Positions 1 through 7,276 of a stretch of 22,274 nucleotides of DNA are shown here, piece by piece. The notes below the pieces were generated by a model, which made no database searches, was not told where the DNA came from, and worked only from the letters and a program-made list of their open reading frames with translations. The stretch covers positions 1 through 22,274 of the forward strand of contig CAXBQP010000050.1 in the NCBI GenBank assembly GCA_963978095.1, given 5' to 3'. The position numbers and the translations under genes are program-made. The first letter of the stretch is position 1; each line of letters begins with the position of its first letter. The DNA is from an uncultured bacterium. GTDB lineage: Bacteria; Gemmatimonadota; Gemmatimonadetes; Gemmatimonadales; Gemmatimonadaceae.

Positions 1-369
1 GAGAGAATGATAATGGATCGGAAACTCGCGGATGAGCCGTGCCTTGGCCTGCTCGAAAGCGAGCTGGTCACCGCGGGCACGGGCGGCACGGGCCGCGAGG
101 TCCGCCGTCAGGGTGGGGGTCCCAAGCACGACCAAGGTGTCACCTCGGTGGACGGTCGCTCCCTCCTCGACCAGCACGCGTGCCACGCGCGCGGCCACAC
201 TCGGTGAGACCGAATACTCCACCACGTCGAGCGTCCCGGTCGCCTCTATCCCGCCTCGGGCGGGCTGCGTACAGCCCGCGGCGCCGACAAGCGCCGCGGC
301 GAGCGCCGCAAGAAGCGCCGCGCCCGGACGAGGAGGCAGGCGACGCACGAAACCAATCGACATCATCAT
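1..369 (-). CDS. HlyD/efflux membrane-fusion (periplasmic adaptor) lipoprotein, 5' part only; runs off the left edge
   Basis: Not in the ORF track because there is no stop in the window. Manual translation from ATG 369 (alternatives 366, 363): MMMSIGFVRRLPPRPGAALLAALAAALVGAAGCTQPARGGIEATGTLDVVEYSVSPSVAARVARVLVEEGATVHRGDTLVVLGTPTLTADLAARAARARG... It has a hydrophobic signal ending in a lipobox-like AAGC, the lipoyl-like half motif 'RVARVLVEEGATVHRGDTLVVL' and then an Ala-rich helix. Confidence 0.85.
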   Translation of the reverse strand, partial: MMMSIGFVRRLPPRPGAALLAALAAALVGAAGCTQPARGGIEATGTLDVVEYSVSPSVAARVARVLVEEGATVHRGDTLVVLGTPTLTADLAARAARARGDQLAFEQAKARLIREFPIHYHSL

Positions 370-375
370 GCTCCG

Positions 376-381
376 AGTGTA
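376..381 (-). promoter_or_regulatory. -10-like element TACACT, 6 nt upstream of ATG 369 (leaderless-type)
   Basis: The minus strand reads TACACT-cggagc-ATG and no SD-like purine run is present. Confidence 0.5.
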
Positions 382-556
382 TCGAGAAATCGTCGCGGCC
401 GCCATCGGTAAAATCCCGACACAGCGGGACGCGAACAGGGAACAGATCGGTGCGAAACGCGCTTCGTTAACTTGGAGAACGTGCCGTCGAGCTGACGTAC
501 CGCCAGTTGCCAGCTCAACTTACCACCTTCCGCCCTCGACCCTCCGAAACCCCACC

Positions 557-997
557 ATGTCCGAACCACGCACGCAAAGCTTCGAATCGCACGCTGCCAT
601 TCACCCCATGTGGCATTACGTCGCCTTTCCGATCATCGCCGTGAACTTTTTCAATGAGTTCCGGAATCTGTTCAATGCGCCGACCGCGGCCCACATCTGG
701 GACACCATCGTTGCGCTCGGCCTCGTGCTGTGGATGTTCGCGGCGCGCACGCAAACGCTCGTGGTGCAGAACCGTGTGATCCGCCTCGAAATGCGCCTCC
801 GTCTCCGTGAACTGCTCTCGCCGGAGCTCGCCGCGCGGATCCCCGAGCTCACCACCGGTCAGCTGATCGGACTGCGCTTCGCCAGTGATGCCGAACTCCC
901 GGCGTTGGTCGAACGTTGCCTCAAGGGCGAGCTGCCCACGGGCAAGGCCTGCAAGCAGGCCGTCACGAACTGGCAGGCCGACTTCCTCCGCGCATGA
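557..997 (+). CDS. DUF6526-like small membrane protein (146 aa)
   Basis: MSEPRTQSFESHAAIHPMWHYVAFPII...VQNRVIRLEMRLRL...LTTGQLIGLRFASDAELPALVERCL...VTNWQADFLRA has two hydrophobic segments followed by QnRvIRLE and LRFASD.E motifs that I recall for DUF6526. The start was trimmed from ORF 32..997, whose upstream part is the antisense of the HlyD gene. Confidence 0.8.
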   Translation: MSEPRTQSFESHAAIHPMWHYVAFPIIAVNFFNEFRNLFNAPTAAHIWDTIVALGLVLWMFAARTQTLVVQNRVIRLEMRLRLRELLSPELAARIPELTTGQLIGLRFASDAELPALVERCLKGELPTGKACKQAVTNWQADFLRA

Positions 998-1254
998 GCG
1001 ACACGGTGAGTGGTGCCGCCGACGCGGTCGTGATCACGGTTCGCAAGAACGGCTCCCTGGGGATCGTCGGGAACGTGCGGTTGCAGGACCACGACGGGCG
1101 CGAGATTCCGCGCATCAACGACAAACCCACCATCGCGCTCTGTCGGTGCGGCCATTCGGCCCGGAAGCCCTTTTGCGACGGCGCGCACAAGGCGGCGGGA
1201 TTCATCGATCCGCCGGACGCCGCCGCGGACGGCGGTGCGTCCCTCCCCGTGTAG
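994..1254 (+). CDS. CDGSH-type iron-sulfur domain protein (86 aa)
   Basis: Contains ALCRCGHSARKPFCDGAH (C-x-C-x9-CDG[S/A]H) preceded by the 'ITVRKNGSLGIVG' strand segment. Its start overlaps the upstream stop (ATGA, 994-997). Confidence 0.92.
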   Translation: MSDTVSGAADAVVITVRKNGSLGIVGNVRLQDHDGREIPRINDKPTIALCRCGHSARKPFCDGAHKAAGFIDPPDAAADGGASLPV

Positions 1255-1265
1255 CACCCACGTGG

Positions 1266-1301
1266 CGGTGCGCCCGGTGCGCCCGGTGCGGCCGGTGCGC
1301 G
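1266..1301. repeat. Tandem 9-bp repeat, 4 copies (CGGTGCGCC x2, CGGTGCGGC, CGGTGCGCG)
   Basis: Read directly in the 59-bp gap between the convergent stops at 1254 and 1314. Confidence 0.8.
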
Positions 1302-1313
1302 GCGCGGACAGGG

Positions 1314-1808
1314 TCAGCCGGCGAGCAGCTGCGCATGCCAGCTCTCGCCGGCTTTGCGTTCGAAGCGTGTGCGGTACTCGCCGGCGGTCGTGACGGTGGT
1401 ATCGAAAACATGAGACTCGGCATCCACGCCTCCCTGCCGTGCAAGCCGGACGAAGTCGTCGCGCGTCATCGAGTGGACGAGGCCGATGCTGTCCCGAAAG
1501 TGCACGAGGCCGCTCGTGAGCAACGAGGTCCCGACGACTTTTTCCAGCGCCTGCAGCGTGCGGAAGAGTCCATCGATGGAACAGCCCGACGCGCCTTCGG
1601 TACGCTGATCGACGGCCACCGCCAAGAAGCGGTCATCCCGCCACTGGCGGGCCGAGGTGAGCGGATGCCCGTGTGCCGCCCAGCTCGCGAGGAACAGATC
1701 GACGTTGTGCAGCAACTTGGGGGCGTCTTCCGCGTCGACATCGGCGGCGGCGGCGAATACCCAGAGCCGGGCGTCGTCCGGGAGCGCTTCGAAGGGAATC
1801 ACGGGCAT
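1314..1808 (-). CDS. Conserved hypothetical protein (164 aa) with W-x2-HG, SGCSID and terminal SWH motifs
   Basis: MPVIPFEALPDDARLWVFAA...FLASWAAHGHPL...RFLAVAVDQ...ASGCSIDGLFRTLQALE...HVFDTTV...AGESWHAQLL resembles a family I recall from Bacteroidota that is often labelled 'ABC transporter ATPase'. No Walker A/B motif is present. ATG 1808 was preferred over 1952. Confidence 0.8.
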   Translation of the reverse strand: MPVIPFEALPDDARLWVFAAAADVDAEDAPKLLHNVDLFLASWAAHGHPLTSARQWRDDRFLAVAVDQRTEGASGCSIDGLFRTLQALEKVVGTSLLTSGLVHFRDSIGLVHSMTRDDFVRLARQGGVDAESHVFDTTVTTAGEYRTRFERKAGESWHAQLLAG

Positions 1809-1961
1809 GGCAACAACCGCTGGGGGCGGCAGCAGGGGGAGTACAGCCACCGTGCCGTCACGGGCACAGGATGGCAGTCCGGCAAACGCGGGCCGAAGAG
1901 AAGATAACAAACACGGCTCACCTGAAGTGCTCCGCGGATTATGTAACGTCAACTCGGCCTG

Positions 1962-1988
1962 TTGTACTTTATCCCGACAGTGTATAAT
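1962..1988 (+). promoter_or_regulatory. Sigma70-type promoter: perfect TATAAT (1983-1988) with TTGTAC (1962-1967)
   Basis: A consensus -10 hexamer lies in the most AT-rich patch of the window. The -35/-10 spacing is only 15 bp, so the -35 call is weak. Confidence 0.55.
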
Positions 1989-2034
1989 AACTGGATAGTC
2001 CGAGTTTCATGCTCAACGGCGCACGACACGCCGC

Positions 2035-2068
2035 CAGCAGTCCGCGCGGCCGTGGTTGCTGTTTCCTT
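2035..2068 (+). terminator. Intrinsic terminator-like hairpin with a short U-rich tail
   Basis: CAGCAG(T)CCGCG-CGGC-CGTGGTTGCTG followed by TTTCCTT gives an 11-bp stem with two G-U pairs and one bulge. The U-tract is imperfect. Confidence 0.35.
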
Positions 2069-2200
2069 GCGCTCGCTCGACCGTCCATTTTGTAGAAGCG
2101 TGAATGACCCCGTCCGCGGCCGCGATGCGTACGCTGCGCATGCATCACCCGTGCACGAGCCCCCTGCCATTCGCTCCGACTCATCCGCGTAGAGACCAGG

Positions 2201-3046
2201 ATGCCTCCCTCGTTCATACCATGCGGTTCGCGCCTCGGGCGCCTGCCGATTTCGTTGGCCCATCGGATGGCGGCCCTGTTGATCGCCACCGCAGTGCCGG
2301 GCGCGCTCAGTGGCCAGGCCGCACCGCCTGCCCCCGCGGGTATCCCCACCGTCACGGCGACGGCTGCGGCCCCGGTCGAGCCGGTCGTCACGCCGTTCGC
2401 GAACTTCTACGTCGCGGCTGGGCAGGCGAAGTTCGACGTGACGGGCATCAACTCCCGGCTCAACATCAACAACGGCTTCTTTGCCTTGTCCGGTGACGGC
2501 TACACCACGGGGCTCGGGTTCTATATCCCGGTCGGCGGCATCATGGCCGGCCTCGAGTACGACCTGCTCGACATGGGATACGAGTCGACGCCTGCCGGAA
2601 AGACGGATGTCCTCAAGGCGAACATGCTGCAGGGTCGCGTCAGCTTCCGGCTCCTGAGCACGTGGGACGTGACCCTCCATGGCGATCTCCAACTCGGCGT
2701 CGGCACGGTCTCGGCCAAGTTCCGGGATCGCGCCGGTGGAGCGTCACTGGCACCCGCGACCAACCCGACGTGGGACGAAATCCTCCTCAAACCGGGTGCC
2801 GAAAGCGAGATGCGCGGAACCTTCTACACCGTCGCGCCGGGGATGGGGATCGACTACATCTTCTTGAAAGACGCCAAGAGCCAACGCGGCTTCACCGTCG
2901 GCGTGCAGTTCGCGACGTCACTCGCGCCGCATCGCACGGCATGGACCTACGGCGGACGTGATGTCTTTGGTGCGCCCGACGGGGCTCCGGTGAGCACGCA
3001 GGTGCGCATCACCGTCGGCTACGGCGGATTCGCGTTGGCGCACTGA
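2201..3046 (+). CDS. Secreted hypothetical protein, probable outer-membrane beta-barrel
   Basis: Signal-like segment MAALLIATAVPGALSGQ (alternative start 2267), a Pro/Ala linker and then alternating amphipathic strands (GLGFYIPV, GLEYDL, RVSFRL, GIDYIF, FTVGVQFA, RITVGYGG). Confidence 0.7.
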   Translation: MPPSFIPCGSRLGRLPISLAHRMAALLIATAVPGALSGQAAPPAPAGIPTVTATAAAPVEPVVTPFANFYVAAGQAKFDVTGINSRLNINNGFFALSGDGYTTGLGFYIPVGGIMAGLEYDLLDMGYESTPAGKTDVLKANMLQGRVSFRLLSTWDVTLHGDLQLGVGTVSAKFRDRAGGASLAPATNPTWDEILLKPGAESEMRGTFYTVAPGMGIDYIFLKDAKSQRGFTVGVQFATSLAPHRTAWTYGGRDVFGAPDGAPVSTQVRITVGYGGFALAH

Positions 3047-4211
3047 GCCGCAGCTCCTCCAGCACGCGCGCGACCCCTGAACACATCGCCGCCACACTGA
3101 ACTGGGCGCGCGCCCGCGCCGCACCACGCGCGGCCATCGCTGCGGTACTCGCCGGCGCGTCACGAAGGGCTCGGATCGCGGCCGCCAGCGCGGGCGCATC
3201 CGCCGGCGGCACCATGCGCCCCGTCTCGCCCTCGGTGATGATCTCGGGCACGCCACCGGCGCGCGTAGCGACCACCGGACGTCCGGCGAGCATCCCCTCG
3301 ACCACGACGCGCCCGAAGGGCTCGGGAAGCACCGACGCATGCACGATCACATCCGCCGCGCGCATCAGCGCGGGAACGTCGTCGCGGAATCCGAGGAAGT
3401 GCACGCGATCAGCGATGCCCAGCGCTCGTGCCTGTTCGTGCTGCGCGGCTTCGAACGCCGTTTCACCGAAGAGCGCGGTCCCCACCACGAGGGCGTGCAC
3501 CCCGGGGAGTTCGGCGAGGGCCTGCAGCAGCACCGCTTGTCCTTTCCACGGGTGGAAACGTCCGAACAGCGCCACGACGAAGGCATCCGCCGGCACGCCG
3601 AGCGCATGACGCGTCGTCCGACCGGCGTCGGACGCGAGCGCATCGAACGGCGCCGCGTCGATCCCGTTGTGCACGACCTGTACGAGCGCCCGACGCCCAC
3701 CGGCCGCCACGAACGCTTCGGCGGTCGCGTGCGAGTTGGCGATCACGGCGGCGGCCCTCAGGTTGGCCAGTTGCGCGGCGGCGGTGATGTTGGCCCGGCT
3801 GAAATGCGGTTCCGCCAGGATATCGCGCAGATGCCAGACCACGGGCCGACGTGCCAGCACCCCGGCGGCAGCCGACACCACGAATGCCTTCTGCGTGTTG
3901 GCGTAGATCAGCTCGTGTGCCCGTGCGCGTCGCGCCACCTGTCTCGCAATGCCCGCCGCATCCATCAACGCACCGACGGATGGGAGTCCGGCATCTTTGC
4001 GCACGGCGCCGAGTGCGCCGAGCGGCTCCACGTCAACCGACACGCCCTTGCCCTCGAGCGCCGTCCGGAACGGGCCGTCGGCGAGCAACACGACATCCGC
4101 GTCCGCCCCGAACGACGACGCAAGATCGAGGAGCGACAATTCGGCGCCGCCCAACACGCCGGCGTGATCGACGAACAGGATGCGGCCCGCCGAGGCGTTG
4201 GTGCCGCTCAT
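3009..4211 (-). CDS. GT4 glycosyltransferase (400 aa)
   Basis: RILFVDHAGVLGGAELSLLDL, YANTQKA, GRFHPWKGQ and EPFGRVVVE (E-x7-E). ATG 4211 overlaps the upstream stop (ATGA). The 3' end overlaps the convergent gene by 38 nt. Confidence 0.93.
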   Translation of the reverse strand: MSGTNASAGRILFVDHAGVLGGAELSLLDLASSFGADADVVLLADGPFRTALEGKGVSVDVEPLGALGAVRKDAGLPSVGALMDAAGIARQVARRARAHELIYANTQKAFVVSAAAGVLARRPVVWHLRDILAEPHFSRANITAAAQLANLRAAAVIANSHATAEAFVAAGGRRALVQVVHNGIDAAPFDALASDAGRTTRHALGVPADAFVVALFGRFHPWKGQAVLLQALAELPGVHALVVGTALFGETAFEAAQHEQARALGIADRVHFLGFRDDVPALMRAADVIVHASVLPEPFGRVVVEGMLAGRPVVATRAGGVPEIITEGETGRMVPPADAPALAAAIRALRDAPASTAAMAARGAARARAQFSVAAMCSGVARVLEELRLSAPTRIRRSRR

Positions 4212-7200
4212 CGCTGGACCGCCTCGTATACGGCGCGTACGCGTGCGGCGATGACGGGCCAATCGTAGTGCTGTCGGGCGAACTCGCGACACGCCTCCGC
4301 GTCCGGCATGAGGCGCGTGCCGGACAACGCCCCGATCACGCCGTCGGCAATCGATGCGGCGTCCGCGCCACGCAGCACCAGCGCCGGCGAGAGCGCCTCC
4401 ACTGCGGCCGGCAGGCCGCCCACGGGGGTGACAAGACACGCGGTCCCTGCGGCCAGCGACTCGGCGACGATCAAGCCGAATCCCTCGAGCGCGTGCGTCG
4501 GCACCACCGTGAGTGACGCCGCACGATACGCCGCCGGCAGATCACCGTCAGGCACGAACCCCAGCAGGCGTACATGGTCCTGCAAGCCGAGCGCCGCGAT
4601 CTGTTGACGCAACTCACCCTCGATCGGCCCTGTCCCGGCGATGAGCACGAGGATGTCGGGAATCTGCGCGCGGATCTCGAGCGTGGCGGCGATCAGGGCG
4701 TCGAGCCCCATGCGGCGCATGAGGCGGCGAACCGACAGCACGATCGGGCGATCCGCCGGCCAGCCAAGCCGCTCGCGACAGGACGCGCGCGTGTCGGTGA
4801 TGGCGTAGCGCGGCACGTCCACACCGCCGGGAATCACATGAATCTTCTCCCGCGGGATTCCGAAGTGCCGGACCAGGATGTCCGCGAAGGGGGGCGACAG
4901 CACGATGAACGCGTCCGCGCGCGCATAGACGCGACGCTCGATGCGGGTCTTGGTCCGGACCACCACGCCGGCTTGGCGTTCGACGAGCCCTTCGAGACCC
5001 CACGGCCCCTGGAAGTGCACCACCAGCGGATGGTCGGCGATGGCGTCCAGCAGCGGGGCCGTGTAGAGCGCGAAGTGCGAGACCACGACCAGCGCGGGAT
5101 CGGCGTGCAGGATCGGCTGTCCGAGACGCCGCACGGCGAGGAGTCGCGGCCCCAACTGGCGGGAGTGCGGCGCGAACGCCTGGATGATTCCGTTGGAGTC
5201 CGCACCGACGCGCGTGGTCCCCGCGACGAGTCCGTGCACTTCCACATTGACATCGGGGAGATGACGCATCAGTTCGTAGTAGACGCGATTCAATCCCCCG
5301 GGTTTCTCGGGAAACCATTCCATGCCGATCTGCAGCGTGCGGACGGGAGCCGGGCGGGCGCGCTCGGGCCGCTGCAGGAGGGCATCCATGCGCGCGTCCT
5401 CGTCGAGCGAACCGTCGAGCACCAGCCGCGCCCACACCTCGAGCACGAGCATGGTCCAGATCTGCTCGCCCCAGTCGCGCTCCCCGGTGAAATGCTCGGC
5501 CAGCACCCGTCGCACGAACTCGGGGCGCACCCAGCCACGATCGAAAAAGGTCCGATTGTCGAGTGCCGCGCGCACGTAGGGGGAGAGCTCACCGCGCAAC
5601 CAGCGTGATGCCGGCATCACGAAACCGCGCTTGCGCCGATGCACGACCGACGACGGGACGTACCGTTCGGCGACGGCCTTCAGCAGGTGTTTCGTCTGGA
5701 ATCCGCGCAGGCGCATCGCACTGGGGATCGTGGCGGCATATTCGATCAGCGCACGATCGAGCAGCGGGGAGCGCGCCTCGAGACTGTGCGCCATGGACGC
5801 ACGGTCCGATTTCGCGAGGAGGAGATCGGGCAGGTAGGTACGGAAATCCCCTTCGAGCGCGCGATCGACATCGTCCACGCCGTCGGCGGCATCCCATACG
5901 GACCGATACCACGCGTCGGGTTCCGCCCCGCCGATGGTGGAGAGAAAGGATGGCTGATACGCCTCGAGGCGGAAATCACGAAACGCGCGATTGTACACGA
6001 AGGCGTCGCTCGCGGACTCGGCCCCGGCGTTCACGAACATGCCGATCCGCCTCAGCACACCGGAGCCGGGGGTGCCCAACGCCGCCGCGAGGCCGCGCCG
6101 AAGCGCGCCGGGGACGGCCGCGCGGTAGGGCGCGGTGGCGCGCGCCAGCATCGGGCGAGTATAGCCGCCGAAGAGCTCGTCGCCCCCGTCGCCGTTCAGC
6201 GCCACCGTCATCCAGCGCCGAGCGGCCTGCGCCAGATAGTGGCTTGGCACGATCGACACGTCCGCCAGCGGCTGTCCATAGTGCCACACGATCGAGGGCA
6301 GGTCCGACACGAGCGCGGGGCGCAAGGTCTCCTCGTGCAAGCGCATGCCGAGCCTGCCGGTGACCGCACGCGCATAGCGACGTTCGTCGAACTCCGGCTC
6401 ATCGAAGCCGAGCGTGACCGCCTCGACGGCATGCCGACTCTCTTGCGAGGCGAGCGCCGCCACCAGTGAGGAGTCCACCCCACCGGACAAGAAGATCCCC
6501 ACGGGTACATCGGAGTCGAGCCGCCGCCGCACCGCGGTGCGCACGAGCGCGTCCACATGCTCGAGCACCTCCTGTTCGGACTCCGTCGTCTTCCGCGCAT
6601 ACGAGACGCTCCAGTACCGTCCGCTCCGGTAGTCCCCGCGCTCGGCGTGGAACTCCAGAAAGTGTGCCGGGGGCAGTTGCTGCACCCCGCGAAACACCGA
6701 GAGCGGCGCCGGGACGCTCTGATACACGAGGAATGCGTCGATGGCCGCCGGATCGACGTCCGGCGTCCCCGGCAAGAGGGCACTCAGGGCGTTGAGCGTC
6801 GACGCGAAGTGCATCGTCCGCCCGTCACACCGGAAGAAGAACGGCTTCTTGCCGACGCGATCGCGTGCGGCGAACAAGGTGCGGGTCGATGCATCCCAGA
6901 TGGCGAAGGCGAACATCCCGTCGAGCCGCCGCACGAGCCCCTCGCCGCCCCACCGACGATAGCCATGCAGCAGCACCTCGAAATCGGTCCCGGTGGTGAA
7001 CACACATCCGGGCTCGAGCTCGGCGCGCAGCTCGCGATGATTGTAGATCTCCCCGTTGAACACCAGCACGCGCATGCCGTCGGCGCTGACCATCGGCTGG
7101 TGGCCGGCCGCGGAGAGATCGATGATCGACAGTCGCCGCGCACCGAGGCAGGCCTGATCGCTCGTCCACACGCCCGCGTCGTCCGGACCCCGGTGCCACA

Positions 7201-7276
7201 TGAGGTCGCGAGCGGTGATCAGTCGATCACGCGCCTCGGCCGCTCCCTCCCGAACGACGCCGATGATCCCACACAT
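4208..7276 (-). CDS. asnB: Fusion of an AsnB-type glutamine-hydrolysing amidotransferase (aa 1-~625) and a GT4 glycosyltransferase (aa ~645-1022)
   Basis: The N-terminal part has MCGIIG (Ntn Cys2), HRGPD, RRLSIID, FNGEIYN, SGGVDSS, GDGGDELFGGY and RRKRGF. It continues in frame into RTLQIGMEWFPEKPGG...VRRLMRRMG...EGFGLIVAE...YDWPVIA. Confidence 0.93.
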   Translation of the reverse strand: MCGIIGVVREGAAEARDRLITARDLMWHRGPDDAGVWTSDQACLGARRLSIIDLSAAGHQPMVSADGMRVLVFNGEIYNHRELRAELEPGCVFTTGTDFEVLLHGYRRWGGEGLVRRLDGMFAFAIWDASTRTLFAARDRVGKKPFFFRCDGRTMHFASTLNALSALLPGTPDVDPAAIDAFLVYQSVPAPLSVFRGVQQLPPAHFLEFHAERGDYRSGRYWSVSYARKTTESEQEVLEHVDALVRTAVRRRLDSDVPVGIFLSGGVDSSLVAALASQESRHAVEAVTLGFDEPEFDERRYARAVTGRLGMRLHEETLRPALVSDLPSIVWHYGQPLADVSIVPSHYLAQAARRWMTVALNGDGGDELFGGYTRPMLARATAPYRAAVPGALRRGLAAALGTPGSGVLRRIGMFVNAGAESASDAFVYNRAFRDFRLEAYQPSFLSTIGGAEPDAWYRSVWDAADGVDDVDRALEGDFRTYLPDLLLAKSDRASMAHSLEARSPLLDRALIEYAATIPSAMRLRGFQTKHLLKAVAERYVPSSVVHRRKRGFVMPASRWLRGELSPYVRAALDNRTFFDRGWVRPEFVRRVLAEHFTGERDWGEQIWTMLVLEVWARLVLDGSLDEDARMDALLQRPERARPAPVRTLQIGMEWFPEKPGGLNRVYYELMRHLPDVNVEVHGLVAGTTRVGADSNGIIQAFAPHSRQLGPRLLAVRRLGQPILHADPALVVVSHFALYTAPLLDAIADHPLVVHFQGPWGLEGLVERQAGVVVRTKTRIERRVYARADAFIVLSPPFADILVRHFGIPREKIHVIPGGVDVPRYAITDTRASCRERLGWPADRPIVLSVRRLMRRMGLDALIAATLEIRAQIPDILVLIAGTGPIEGELRQQIAALGLQDHVRLLGFVPDGDLPAAYRAASLTVVPTHALEGFGLIVAESLAAGTACLVTPVGGLPAAVEALSPALVLRGADAASIADGVIGALSGTRLMPDAEACREFARQHYDWPVIAARVRAVYEAVQR

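Noticed and set aside
407..436. GGTAAAA-TCCCG-acacag-CGGGA-CGCGAAC resembles the first stem of a c-di-GMP-I riboswitch
   Set aside because: The loop is not GNRA, GACGCAAAGC is imperfect and no receptor stem follows. A cmscan hit would overturn this.
32..556. N-terminal extensions in the ORF track (32..997, and likewise the starts at 4439, 11957, 13411, 16327, 17754 and 20927)
   Set aside because: They overlap neighbouring genes and are low-complexity. Downstream starts give ATGA/GTGA coupling, the required N-terminal Met-Cys, or a family-typical N-terminus.
1922..1949. TTATGTAACGT resembles the XerD arm of a dif site
   Set aside because: No XerC arm ending in ATAA lies 6 bp upstream; the sequence there is CTGAAGTGCTC.
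413..1979. 9-mer ATCCCGACA shared by two divergent intergenic regions (413-421 and 1971-1979)
   Set aside because: One shared 9-mer between regions of this size is expected by chance, and it does not extend.
1986..2068. TAGTCCG followed by two hairpins and a U-tail recalls a tracrRNA 3' end
   Set aside because: The match is only 7 nt, and there is no anti-repeat, CRISPR array or cas/IscB gene in the window.
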